From Micrococcales bacterium (GTDB taxonomy: Bacteria; Actinomycetota; Actinomycetes; Actinomycetales; WQXJ01), in contig WQYN01000002.1 in the NCBI GenBank assembly GCA_009781225.1, forward strand, positions 1 through 37,752: a stretch of 37,752 bases of DNA. The letters run 5' to 3'. Under the pieces are notes generated by a model. That model made no database searches and was not told where the DNA came from. It saw only the letters and a program-made list of their open reading frames with translations. A program made the position numbers and the translations under genes. Positions 15,105 to 25,078 of this stretch are shown here, piece after piece; the stretch's first letter is position 1, and every line of letters begins with the position of its first letter.

Positions 15105-17630
15105 ATGAAACTCTCGTTCCGTATTCCCGCCCTGCTCGTGGCAGCAGGGCTCTCCCTGGCCCTGCCGGCCCTGCCGACGCAGGGTGCCTCTGTCGCTGAG
15201 GACGACCATGTCATCTTCGGCGTCATCTCTGACACCCACGTCACCCCCACCAAGACCCTCCAGCGCAACCGCTTCTCGAAGGCGGCGAAGTTCTTCTCTG
15301 GGGTGGACAGCCCGATCAACGCCGTCGATGCCCTCGCGGTGGTCGGCGATCTGACAGACAACGGCACGGCCGCTGAGCTCGACCAATGGGGGGCTATCAA
15401 GAACGCCGACCTGAGCCCTGAGGTCAAGCTGCTCGCTTCGATGGGCAACCACGAGAACTCGCGCTACGCCGACTTCGAGCGCAACACCGGCAACCGACCC
15501 AACGAGGTCACTGTCATCAACGGCTACACCTTCATCACCCTGAGCCCGGGAGCTGGAACGCTCAACGAGGCGACAGGCCGCCCGAGTTCGACCAACGGGA
15601 GCAACTACGCCTACGCCGTGCCGTGGCTCAATCAGCAGCTGGCGATCGCCGAGGCTGCCTCGCCTGACAAGCCGATCTTCGTGTTCTTCCACCACCCGAT
15701 TCGCTACACGTTCTACGTCTCTCACGAGTGGTACGGCTCGGGTCTCGCCGGAGTCCTCGATAATCATCCTCGCGCGGTGACCTTCTCCGGCCACATCCAC
15801 ACGCCCAATATGCATCCCCAGTCGATCTGGCAAGACGGCGGATTCACGGCGGTCAACACTGTGACGACCTCCTACTACGAGCTTGAGACCGGCATGATCT
15901 ACGGCTCGGTGCCTCCCAAGGCATCGGAAGCTGCTCAGGGCCTCATCATCGAGGCCTCCGGATCCACCGTGACGATCAAGAACTACGACTTCATCTCTGA
16001 CTCGTGGATCGACCAGACCTGGACCTTCGACGTGACCCAGCCGCTGCCCTACACCGACGCGGTGCGCCGCCCAAAGGCCGTGGCCCCGGTCTTCGCTCCC
16101 GAGGCCCAGATTCGGGTGTTCAATGTCCGTGACACGCGGGTCAACATCGAGTTTGACCAGGCCAGCATCCCCGCCAACGAGGTTCAGGACATCGTCCACT
16201 CCTACCGCTACGAGTTCCGCAACCTGCTCACCGGCCGCAATGATGCCGACTTCAAGACCTGGTCCGACTACTACTTCCTCCCGTTGAAGCCGACGCTCCT
16301 CTACTACGACGGCAACGGCAACCCGGCGGATGTCACCGGCCTGCGGCGCAGCACCGATTACGAGGTCCGCATTACCGCCTACGACGCCTGGGGACTGGCC
16401 TCGACCCCGCTGACCACCACGTTCACCACCACCGGTCCGACCCCGGCGGAGTTGACCGTTGTGGCTCAGGCGGTCGCGGTTGCGGCCAAGTTTGAGGCGC
16501 GGAGGGCTGACTACACGACAGCTTCCTACGCCCCCTTCGCCACCGCTCTGGCCGCTGCTCGTGCTCTGATCGCCGATCCGACGACAGGGACGCTGACGGC
16601 CGGACAGGCTCTGACGAATCTCCTGGTTGCGCAGGGTTCTCTTGTGCTCGAGGCCACTGACAAGTCGACGCTTCGGGGTCTCATCGCCCAAGCAGCCCTC
16701 ATCCTCGATGACCAGGCACGCTACGTTGCTAGCAGCCTCACGGATCTGCGGGATGCCCTGGCGGCGGCTCGCGTGGTTGACGAGAACCCCGCCGCCACGC
16801 AAGCCGTCATCGACGATGCCACCCTCACCCTGCTCGCCGGCTTGTCGAAGGTTGAGATGGCCGGTGACCTGACGGCCCTATCGCTCCTCGTGACCATCGT
16901 TGACGGGCTCTCACCTCAGCAGTTCACCCCGGCGAGCTGGGCTCCTGTCGCTTTGGCTCAGGCATCGGCCCGAGCGATTGTCGCGACCGGTGCCGCTGAG
17001 ATCCGCATCACGTCAGCCTGGAACGTGTTGACCGCTGCCCTCGGTGACCTCCAGCTCAAGGCCCGCAAGAACGGCCTCGAGTCGGCGATCGCAGTGGCTC
17101 AGTCGGTTGTCGACAACATCGGCGCCTACACGGTTGCCTCGGTGGAAGGCCTTCCGACGGCTCTCAACGCCGCGAAGAACGTGGCGGCCAACGAGAACGC
17201 TTCTCAGGCCGAGGTTGATGCTGCCCAGTCCGACCTGATCGCCCGGGTCACCAAGGCGCGGCTGAACCCGGCAACGCAACCGGTTGGGACGCCATCGTCC
17301 ATCGCGATGAGCCCTGCGGGAGCGGTGAGCGGCGCGGCGGGCATGACGGCGTCGCTGGTCACAGCGGCGGCGAGCGTTGCTACCAAGGCGAAGCTCACGG
17401 TCACCACCAAGACCCTGCGCCTCCACAAGGGCCAGAAGGCGCGCCTGGGAGCCAAGGCCACCAGCGCCTCCGGCGCCAAGGTCAAGGTGCGGTACTCCTC
17501 GTCGAAGTCCAAGGTCGCTTCGGTCTCCAAGACCGGCGTGGTCAAGGCCAAGCGCGCTGGCAAGGCGACGATCACCCTCACGACCTCGACTGGCAACGCC
17601 GTCAAGGTCAAGGTCCGAGTCACCCGCTGA
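15105..17630 (+). CDS. secreted calcineurin-like metallophosphoesterase with FN3-like and FIVAR-like helical repeats and a lysine-rich C-terminal Big_2-like domain
   Basis: Signal peptide MKLSFRIPALLVAAGLSLALPALPTQGA. Metallophosphoesterase motifs GVISDTHV, VVGDLTDNG, MGNHEN, FFHHP and FSGHIHTP. Helical repeats such as ADYTTASYAPFATALAAARALIAD. C-terminus KAKLTVTTKTLRLHKGQKARL...KATITLTTSTGNAVKVKVRVTR. RBS gaggag precedes the ATG. Confidence 0.85.
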   Translation: MKLSFRIPALLVAAGLSLALPALPTQGASVAEDDHVIFGVISDTHVTPTKTLQRNRFSKAAKFFSGVDSPINAVDALAVVGDLTDNGTAAELDQWGAIKNADLSPEVKLLASMGNHENSRYADFERNTGNRPNEVTVINGYTFITLSPGAGTLNEATGRPSSTNGSNYAYAVPWLNQQLAIAEAASPDKPIFVFFHHPIRYTFYVSHEWYGSGLAGVLDNHPRAVTFSGHIHTPNMHPQSIWQDGGFTAVNTVTTSYYELETGMIYGSVPPKASEAAQGLIIEASGSTVTIKNYDFISDSWIDQTWTFDVTQPLPYTDAVRRPKAVAPVFAPEAQIRVFNVRDTRVNIEFDQASIPANEVQDIVHSYRYEFRNLLTGRNDADFKTWSDYYFLPLKPTLLYYDGNGNPADVTGLRRSTDYEVRITAYDAWGLASTPLTTTFTTTGPTPAELTVVAQAVAVAAKFEARRADYTTASYAPFATALAAARALIADPTTGTLTAGQALTNLLVAQGSLVLEATDKSTLRGLIAQAALILDDQARYVASSLTDLRDALAAARVVDENPAATQAVIDDATLTLLAGLSKVEMAGDLTALSLLVTIVDGLSPQQFTPASWAPVALAQASARAIVATGAAEIRITSAWNVLTAALGDLQLKARKNGLESAIAVAQSVVDNIGAYTVASVEGLPTALNAAKNVAANENASQAEVDAAQSDLIARVTKARLNPATQPVGTPSSIAMSPAGAVSGAAGMTASLVTAAASVATKAKLTVTTKTLRLHKGQKARLGAKATSASGAKVKVRYSSSKSKVASVSKTGVVKAKRAGKATITLTTSTGNAVKVKVRVTR

Positions 17631-17641
17631 CCCCCCACCCC

Positions 17642-17702
17642 CGCGAGAAGGTCGCTTCGCTGAAAACTCGGTCCGAGAATTGAGCGAAGCGACCTTCTCG
17701 CG
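17642..17702 (+). terminator. perfect 20-bp stem hairpin (21-nt loop) 12 nt after the metallophosphoesterase stop; likely a factor-independent terminator without a U-tract
   Basis: cgcgagaaggtcgcttcgct (17642-17661) is the exact reverse complement of agcgaagcgaccttctcgcg (17683-17702). Confidence 0.65.
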
Positions 17703-17705
17703 TAA

Positions 17706-17850
17706 GGGGCAGCGGTGCGGGAGGGGGCGGTGCGGGGGGAGCGGCGCGATCGTGGAGGGGCGGCGCGGGGGGAGCGGCGCGATCGTGGGGGAGCGGTGCG
17801 ATCGGGAGGGCGGCGCGGGGGCAGCGGTGCGGGAGGGGATCGTGGCGCTT
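17706..17850 (+). repeat. degenerate G-rich tandem repeats upstream of ftsY
   Basis: gagcggcgcgatcgtgg occurs at 17739-17755 and 17772-17788, with the variant gagcggtgcgatcggg at 17791. They are embedded in repeated ggggcggcgcgggg / gcagcggtgcgggagggg units with many G4-G6 runs. Confidence 0.6.
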
Positions 17851-17862
17851 TAGGCTGGGGGC

Positions 17863-18999
17863 ATGTTATCTGGGAGTGCGTGGGTCTGGGTTGTGGTGGC
17901 GCTGATCGCCATCGTGGGCGTGGGGATTGCGATTGCGCTGGTGAGGAGGTCGGGAGGGCGGAAGTCAACCGGTCCGGGGCGGGCAATCGGCGCGGGCAAG
18001 GTCGCAGCGAGTACCCCGGCGGAGGACCACCTGCCAGGCCCCGATGCCCCGGCGGAGGACCACCCGCCAGGCCCCGGCGCCCCAGAGTCCGGCGCGGGGC
18101 GCCTTGTCCGACTGCGTGCGCGGCTCGCGGGATCGTCCTCCTCGCTGGGGCGGGCGCTGCTCGCCGTGCTGTCGCGCGATCGGCTCGAGCAAGACGACTG
18201 GGACGAGCTGGAGGAGACCCTCCTCCTCGCCGATGTCGGCGCCGACGCTGCGACGCAAATCCTCGATAACCTGCGCACACGCCTGCGCGTTGAGGCCGAG
18301 GCCACCCCCGACCCCGCTCAGGCCCTCCGCGAGGAGATCGAACACGCCCTCGACATCGGCGTCTCCCGCGAGATCCGTTCCGCAGGTGAAGATGCCCCCG
18401 GCGTCATCCTCGTGGTCGGAGTCAACGGGACGGGGAAGACGACAATGATCGGTCGCCTCGCCCGTCTCCTTGTCGCCGAGGGAAAGACGGTCCTGCTGGG
18501 AGCTGCCGACACCTTCCGAGCCGCCGCGGGTGAACAGCTTGCTACCTGGGCCAATCGCGTCGGAGTTGAGGTCGTTGGCGGACCTGAAGGCGCCGACCCG
18601 GCCTCCGTCGCCTTCGAGGCGATCAAAACAGGCATCGAGAAACAGGTCGACACCGTCATCATCGACACCGCTGGCCGCCTCCAGAACAAGGCGAACCTCA
18701 TGGACGAGCTCGGCAAGATCGTCCGCGTCGCATCCCGCCAAACCCCCATCACCGAGGTTCTCCTAGTCCTCGACGCGACAACCGGCCAAAACGGCCTCAC
18801 CCAGGGACGGGTCTTTTCCGAGGTCGCCGATGTGACCGGAATCGTCCTGACCAAGCTCGACGGCTCAGCCAAGGGTGGGATTGTCCTCGCCGTCCAGGCT
18901 GCGCTCGGTGTGCCGGTCAAACTCGTGGGCCTAGGAGAAGGCCCCGACGATCTCGCCCCCTTCGACCCCGCCGTCTTCGCCGAGGGTTTGGTGGGCTAG
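17863..18999 (+). CDS. ftsY: signal recognition particle receptor FtsY
   Basis: N-terminal TM segment (VWVVVALIAIVGVGIAIALV). SRP GTPase motifs VVGVNGTGKTTMIGRLA, DTAGRLQNK and TKLDGSAKGG. The N-terminal linker holds a 33-bp tandem duplication (18014-18079) encoding PAEDHLPGPDA/PAEDHPPGPGA. Confidence 0.93.
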   Translation: MLSGSAWVWVVVALIAIVGVGIAIALVRRSGGRKSTGPGRAIGAGKVAASTPAEDHLPGPDAPAEDHPPGPGAPESGAGRLVRLRARLAGSSSSLGRALLAVLSRDRLEQDDWDELEETLLLADVGADAATQILDNLRTRLRVEAEATPDPAQALREEIEHALDIGVSREIRSAGEDAPGVILVVGVNGTGKTTMIGRLARLLVAEGKTVLLGAADTFRAAAGEQLATWANRVGVEVVGGPEGADPASVAFEAIKTGIEKQVDTVIIDTAGRLQNKANLMDELGKIVRVASRQTPITEVLLVLDATTGQNGLTQGRVFSEVADVTGIVLTKLDGSAKGGIVLAVQAALGVPVKLVGLGEGPDDLAPFDPAVFAEGLVG

Positions 19000-19680
19000 G
19001 TGACCACCCCTCCCGCATTGTCCGAGGTAATCGACCCCGGCTGGGCCCGCGCGCTCGCGCCAGTCGAGGAGCAGATCCACGCGATGGGCTGCTTCCTTCG
19101 CCAGGAAATGGCCGAGGGGCGGCGCTACCTTCCCTCCGGAGCGAACGTCCTGCGCGCCTTCACCTTCCCGTTTGACGAGGTCAAGGTCCTAATCGTGGGG
19201 CAGGACCCGTACCCGACTCCCGGACATGCCATGGGGCTGTCTTTCTCCGTCCCCGCGGATGTGCACGCTTGGCCCCCGTCGCTCGCCAATATCCTCGCTG
19301 AGCTGCGAGAAGACATCGGCTGCCCCTTCCCCCGCTCGGGCGATCTCACGCCTTGGGCTGAGCGCGGTGTCATGCTGCTCAACAGGGTCTTGACTGTCCG
19401 CCCGGGCAGCCCCGCCTCGCACCGCAACAAGGGCTGGGAAGAGGTGACAGCCTGCGCCATCGACGCACTCGTCGCCCGCCCCGCCCCGCTCGTCGCCATC
19501 TTGTGGGGCAACGACGCGCGCAGCCTCGCCCCCCGCCTTGGCCAGGTGCCGCACATCGCCTCGGCCCACCCCTCGCCCCTCTCCGCCAGCCGAGGCTTCT
19601 TCGGCTCCCGCCCCTTCTCCCGCGCCAACGCCCTCCTCGCCGAACGCGGCGCACCCCCCGTCGACTTCTCCCTCCCGTAG
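19000..19680 (+). CDS. ung: uracil-DNA glycosylase, family 1
   Basis: [33 protein letters not shown] and the HPSPLSA motifs. The GTG start directly abuts the ftsY stop. Confidence 0.93.
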   Translation: MTTPPALSEVIDPGWARALAPVEEQIHAMGCFLRQEMAEGRRYLPSGANVLRAFTFPFDEVKVLIVGQDPYPTPGHAMGLSFSVPADVHAWPPSLANILAELREDIGCPFPRSGDLTPWAERGVMLLNRVLTVRPGSPASHRNKGWEEVTACAIDALVARPAPLVAILWGNDARSLAPRLGQVPHIASAHPSPLSASRGFFGSRPFSRANALLAERGAPPVDFSLP

Positions 19681-19750
19681 TGCGAAACACGGTGGGTCGC
19701 GCGCCCCCCGTCGACTTCTCCCTCCCGTAGTGCGAAACACGGTGGGTCGC
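19651..19750 (+). repeat. 50-bp tandem duplication (2 copies, 1 mismatch) spanning the ung stop codon
   Basis: gcaccccccgtcgacttctccctcccgtagtgcgaaacacggtgggtcgc (19651-19700) is repeated at 19701-19750 with an a-to-g change at position 3. A third partial ggtgggtcgc occurs at ~19799. Confidence 0.9.
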
Positions 19751-19833
19751 GAAATGACACGGATGTGATTTAGCGCGTACGATGGCGGAAGGCGGCCCGG
19801 GTGGGTCGCTCACCGTCACGCGAAGGAGGGCCC

Positions 19834-20124
19834 ATGCAGGCCACGACAGCCCGTCCCGCTGCCGCGACCAACTTGTCCGAGCGCGACCAGCAGATCCTCA
19901 TGTTCGAGCGACAGTGGTGGCGCTTCGAGGGGTCAAAGGAACAGGCCATCACCTCGCTCTTCGGGCTCGAGGTGGGCACGTACTACCAGGTCCTCGCCGC
20001 GATTGTCGACACCGAAGAGGCACTCGCCTTCGACCCTCACCTGACCAAGAGACTGCGTCGCATGCGTGAGACAAGGCAGCGCGCACGCTCGGCGCGCCGT
20101 CTTGGTCCGCCATCGTCCGGGTGA
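19834..20124 (+). CDS. DUF3263 domain protein
   Basis: LSERDQQILMFERQWWRFEGSKEQAITSLFGLEVGTYYQVLAAIVDTEEALAFDPHLTKRLRRMRE matches the DUF3263 pattern. I prefer the ATG at 19834, preceded by gaaggaggg, over the GTG at 19801. Confidence 0.75.
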   Translation: MQATTARPAAATNLSERDQQILMFERQWWRFEGSKEQAITSLFGLEVGTYYQVLAAIVDTEEALAFDPHLTKRLRRMRETRQRARSARRLGPPSSG

Positions 20125-20143
20125 TTGGCGTTAGCCTGGGGCG

Positions 20144-20782
20144 GTGAGCAAGAGGTATCCGTACCCGCGCGACGAGTTTGACAACGCCGACGCGGCAAGC
20201 CGACCCAAGGAAGTTCATGCCGCCCGCCGGACCACATGGTCGAAGGTGTGGCCCTTCATCGTCGTCATTGTCGTGGTTCCTGTCATGGCTTTTGGCGTTG
20301 TGAAGTTCATCGCGTCGTGGAACGACCCCGCCAACAACGAACCCCTGGACACCGAGGCCGCGCCGACCGTGACACAGACCCTCACGGACACGGCGACGGC
20401 GCCCGGACCTGAGGTGACACCGGGGGAGGACGATCCGACGGAGCCCGCCGCCACCGAGGTCGCCAACACCCTCAAGCCTCCGGATCGCACGCTTCCCGTG
20501 GTAATCCTCAACGCCAAGGGCGAGTCGGGCCTGGCGGCAAAGGCGCAGACCTTGCTGCGGACGGACTCGTGGGCTGACGTGTCGGTCGCTGACTACCGCG
20601 GCGAGGCGACGGATGGCCTCTCGACGGTCTACTACGCCAAGAAGGCTCAGCTTTCCTCGGCCCGGGTGATCGCGGGGATTCTTCAGGTCGACACGATTAA
20701 GAAGGACAAGAGACAGACCAACGGTGGTGCCATCACCGTGATCCTGCGCCAGGACTACATCGTCCCCACGGTGATCGACTAA
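20144..20782 (+). CDS. LytR_C domain membrane protein
   Basis: N-terminal TM segment (VWPFIVVIVVVPVMAFGVVKFI), a Pro/Thr/Glu-rich linker, and a C-terminal LytR_C-like domain (VVILNAKGESGLAAKAQTLLRTDSWADVSVADY...ITVILRQDY). Confidence 0.7.
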   Translation: MSKRYPYPRDEFDNADAASRPKEVHAARRTTWSKVWPFIVVIVVVPVMAFGVVKFIASWNDPANNEPLDTEAAPTVTQTLTDTATAPGPEVTPGEDDPTEPAATEVANTLKPPDRTLPVVILNAKGESGLAAKAQTLLRTDSWADVSVADYRGEATDGLSTVYYAKKAQLSSARVIAGILQVDTIKKDKRQTNGGAITVILRQDYIVPTVID

Positions 20783-20852
20783 CGACGCAGGTCAGCACTC
20801 CTTTTGGCGGGCCAGTGGACTCTGCGCGGCCCTGACCATCGGAGTGTCGCAG

Positions 20853-20879
20853 CTTGCACTCTCGGCTGGAGAGTGCTAA
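20853..20879. promoter_or_regulatory. CIRCE (HrcA operator) element 1 upstream of groEL
   Basis: cttgcactc-N9-gagtgctaa compared with the consensus TTAGCACTC-N9-GAGTGCTAA. Confidence 0.8.
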
Positions 20880-20886
20880 CCATGAT

Positions 20887-20913
20887 CTAGCACTCTTCGT
20901 AGGGGAGTGCCAA
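20887..20913. promoter_or_regulatory. CIRCE (HrcA operator) element 2 upstream of groEL
   Basis: ctagcactc-N9-gagtgccaa, 7 nt after element 1 and ~115 nt before the groEL ATG. Confidence 0.75.
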
Positions 20914-20992
20914 CGACGCCGAGGGGTGAGGGCCCCGGACGGCTGCGGGACGTGAGCGCAGACGGCCAGGCCCGTCCGTCGCGGGCACCTGA

Positions 20993-22654
<1,662 letters not shown>

Positions 22655-22662
22655 TCTGATCG

Positions 22663-22706
22663 AAGGATTCTGCCTGGGGTCCGACAGGTCCCCAGGCGGA
22701 ATCCTT
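22663..22706 (+). terminator. 17-bp stem hairpin after groEL
   Basis: aaggattctgcctgggg (22663-22679) pairs with ccccaggcggaatcctt (22690-22706) with one G-U pair and a 10-nt loop. It starts 9 nt after the stop. Confidence 0.7.
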
Positions 22707-22722
22707 AGGTAGAATCCTTTGC

Positions 22723-23370
22723 ATGGCAGACGCGAAGTCCCCGATCCGCGTCGGCATCGTCGAAGATGAGGGCCTCCTCCGGTCGATGCTGACCGACCTC
22801 GTCGATGAGAACCCTCGCATGAGGGTGGTTGCGACAGCAGCTGGTGCCACCGACGCGCGATCCGCACTGACCCCCGGCAGTGTTGACGTTGTCCTCATGG
22901 ACGTCGAGCTCGGCGATGGCAATGGCGTGGCGCTCGGTGTAGCCCTCCAGCGTGCGGCCCCTGACACCGTCATCATTCTCCTCTCGAGCCACGATGTCAT
23001 GGAGCTGGTCCTCTCGATCGGCAACAACGTCTCGCGCCCGTGGTCCTACCTCTCGAAACGGTCATCGGTCACCCGCGAGATCCTCTACCGCGCGATCGAG
23101 GCCGCAAGTCTCGGCGATGTCACCCTTGACCCCGAGCTCCTCGACCGCTCCTCGCCGCGCGAGGGAATGCCGATGGCGAACCTCTCCGGCGCCCAGCTCC
23201 AGGTCCTGCGACTCGTGGCCCAGGGTTTCTCCAACGCCTCGGCCGCTGAGCTTCTCGGCCTCTCGCGCCGCTCCGTAGAGAACCACCTCCAGGCGATCTA
23301 CAAGGAGCTTGGCATCACCTCCGCAGAAGCCTCCCCCCGTGTCGCCGCTGTCCTTCAGTTCATCCAGTAA
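22723..23370 (+). CDS. NarL/FixJ (LuxR-type) response regulator
   Basis: Receiver domain (IRVGIVEDE...VDVVLMDVELGDGNG) plus a LuxR HTH (LSGAQLQVLRLVAQGFSNASAAELLGLSRRSVENHLQAIYKELGI). Confidence 0.9.
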   Translation: MADAKSPIRVGIVEDEGLLRSMLTDLVDENPRMRVVATAAGATDARSALTPGSVDVVLMDVELGDGNGVALGVALQRAAPDTVIILLSSHDVMELVLSIGNNVSRPWSYLSKRSSVTREILYRAIEAASLGDVTLDPELLDRSSPREGMPMANLSGAQLQVLRLVAQGFSNASAAELLGLSRRSVENHLQAIYKELGITSAEASPRVAAVLQFIQ

Positions 23371-23396
23371 ACGGCCCGGGCCTAACAGGGCGCACG

Positions 23397-24566
23397 ATGA
23401 CGGCACCCGGCCCAGGCGGCAAAGTCACCCCTGAATCCAACGACAGACTCGCCGTCATCGAGGCTGGGCTGGTCACTCTCGCCTTCTTCGCTCTCGTCGC
23501 CTTCACCCAGTGGGTGACCTTCGCGGTCATGGGGGTGGGGTTCGTTGGTCGAGAGGCCAGCTTTTCCGAGGCCGTGGCCACCTTGGGGATCTCCTTGGTC
23601 CCATCAGGAGCCGTAATCGTCCTATTTGCCTGGGTGGGGGGAACGCGGTGGGGCCTGGGAAGGCGTGCGGTCGCGCTGCTCGTCTTCCCACTCTTGGGTT
23701 CCGCAGGTCGGCTGGCTGGCTTGCGGCTTCACTGGGGTGAGGAGCTTTCCGGACTTCCGGCCGTCGCCGAGTTGGCGAACGGGCTGGTGGCGCCGCTGTT
23801 AGCCCTGGTCATCGGCCTCTACTACGTCGACGCTCAAGAGCGCGCACGCCGGATCCAGCGGCTCATTGCCCAGCGTGAACTCGAAGCACAGCGGGCGCTC
23901 GGCGACTTGCAAGCAGAGGAGCTGCGGGTTCGGCAGGAGGTGTCCCACGCCCTGCACGGGCGCATTCAGCAGAGGCTCGTGTTCATCGCGGCTCGACTCG
24001 CCGCCATCGTCCCCTGGGCGGAGCGGGACGACGATGCCTCAAAGGCGACCGAGCTACGCGAGCTGGTCGAGGAGGTGGATGAGCTGCGGGAGACGGCGGT
24101 GCGCGAACTGAGCCACCATCTCTACCCGACGGGGCTCGACATTGGGCTCCACGCGGCGATTCAGCTCTACCTAGCGCGGCTTCCTGCGGCGATCGCCGTC
24201 ACCCACGAGGTGTCCGACGCGGCTGCCGAGGTGGACGATGTCACGAACCCTCAGCTCTCGACGGCTGACCGGTTCCTCCTGGTCAGCGTCCTAGAGGAGG
24301 GGGTGACGAACGCCGTCAAGCACGGGAGGGCAACCCAGGTGCATGTTGGTCTCGACCTTGCTGAGGTCGAAGACGCTCCGGCGCTCGTCGTCGAGGTTCG
24401 CGACAATGGCCTCACCGAAGTTGGGAGCGAGATCAGCCCCTTGTCCTCCCTGGCTCGCCTGCGCGCCCGCATGGAGAGCCGAGGAGGAGGGCTTGCCCTG
24501 GTCCGCTCCGAGCACGATGACGGCGCGACCCTCAGGTTCTGGTTGCCCAGACCCCTTACCGATTAG
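23397..24566 (+). CDS. membrane sensor histidine kinase, HisKA_3 (NarX/DesK/LiaS-like) type
   Basis: Four to five predicted TM helices and no large extracellular loop. Coiled coil, H-box EVSHALHGRIQQRL, ELSHHLYPTGLDIGL, and ATPase N-box EEGVTNAVKHGRA. Confidence 0.85.
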   Translation: MTAPGPGGKVTPESNDRLAVIEAGLVTLAFFALVAFTQWVTFAVMGVGFVGREASFSEAVATLGISLVPSGAVIVLFAWVGGTRWGLGRRAVALLVFPLLGSAGRLAGLRLHWGEELSGLPAVAELANGLVAPLLALVIGLYYVDAQERARRIQRLIAQRELEAQRALGDLQAEELRVRQEVSHALHGRIQQRLVFIAARLAAIVPWAERDDDASKATELRELVEEVDELRETAVRELSHHLYPTGLDIGLHAAIQLYLARLPAAIAVTHEVSDAAAEVDDVTNPQLSTADRFLLVSVLEEGVTNAVKHGRATQVHVGLDLAEVEDAPALVVEVRDNGLTEVGSEISPLSSLARLRARMESRGGGLALVRSEHDDGATLRFWLPRPLTD

Positions 24567-24856
24567 CCGGTCGCGAAGAGGCGCATGGCCTGGTCTTCGG
24601 CAGCGGCGTAGGTCGAGCCGGCGGCCGCAAGAGCCGCGTTGATCTGGGTCAAGCAGGTTTCCACCTGCTGCTGCGTGGACTGCCACTGCTCGGCGACCGA
24701 CGCGAAGGCGTTGTGCGCGGCGCCGGTCCAGCTCCCCTGGAGGTTGCGGAGCTGCCCCATGAGGGAGGCTACCTCGGAGGAGATGATCCCGATGGACCGA
24801 TGGACACCAGCGGAGGCGGTGGTGATGAGTTCAGAGTTGACTTGATACGTGGACAT
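24563..24856 (-). CDS. WXG100 family (ESAT-6/EsxA-like) type VII secretion substrate, 97 aa
   Basis: MSTYQVNSELITTASAGVHRSIGIISSEVASLMGQLRNLQGSWTGAAHNAFASVAEQWQSTQQQVETCLTQINAALAAAGSTYAAAEDQAMRLFATG. It has a central W-x-G (SWTGAA), helix-turn-helix length, and a C-terminal YAAAE (YxxxD/E-type). I chose the internal ATG at 24856 with aaggaa 6-7 nt upstream. The listed 130-aa ORF start is unlikely. Confidence 0.85.
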   Translation of the reverse strand: MSTYQVNSELITTASAGVHRSIGIISSEVASLMGQLRNLQGSWTGAAHNAFASVAEQWQSTQQQVETCLTQINAALAAAGSTYAAAEDQAMRLFATG

Positions 24857-24978
24857 GGGTGTTCCTTTTCGTCTTGTGACGTTGTGGGGCCGGAACCGGG
24901 CGGGACCCGGAGGACCGGCGTTGACTTCCACGACGCTAGCCGCGAGTGGGGACACGCCGCTTGCAGCCGGCGAAAACC

Positions 24979-25000
24979 TGTGGATAACTCGTTATCCACA
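24979..25000. promoter_or_regulatory. 22-bp perfect palindrome TGTGGATAA-ctcg-TTATCCACA (two inverted DnaA-box-consensus 9-mers), ~125 nt upstream of the WXG100 start
   Basis: Read directly from the sequence. It is AT-rich in a GC-rich intergenic region between the upstream side of the WXG100 gene and the 3' end of the histidine kinase gene. Confidence 0.45.
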
Positions 25001-25078
25001 ACGCGTTTCCCCAGGAACAGGTTCACCTTTCGGCTTTGGGCGAGTCGTTTTCGCTCCAGGCACGCCGCTTTGGGCGCG

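Noticed and set aside
15066-16802. 578-aa minus-strand ORF opposite the metallophosphoesterase gene
   Set aside because: It has no recognisable motifs and is rich in Arg/Gly/Val. It overlaps a + strand gene with clear catalytic motifs and a signal peptide.
17204-18305. 358-aa and 151-aa minus-strand ORFs across the ftsY upstream repeats and N-terminus
   Set aside because: These are Pro/Arg-rich translations of G-rich repeats, antisense to FtsY. No start context supports them.
24979-25000. DnaA-box pair considered as a replication origin
   Set aside because: There are only two boxes. No dnaA/dnaN, no AT-rich unwinding element and no box cluster are present. It is kept only as a candidate operator.
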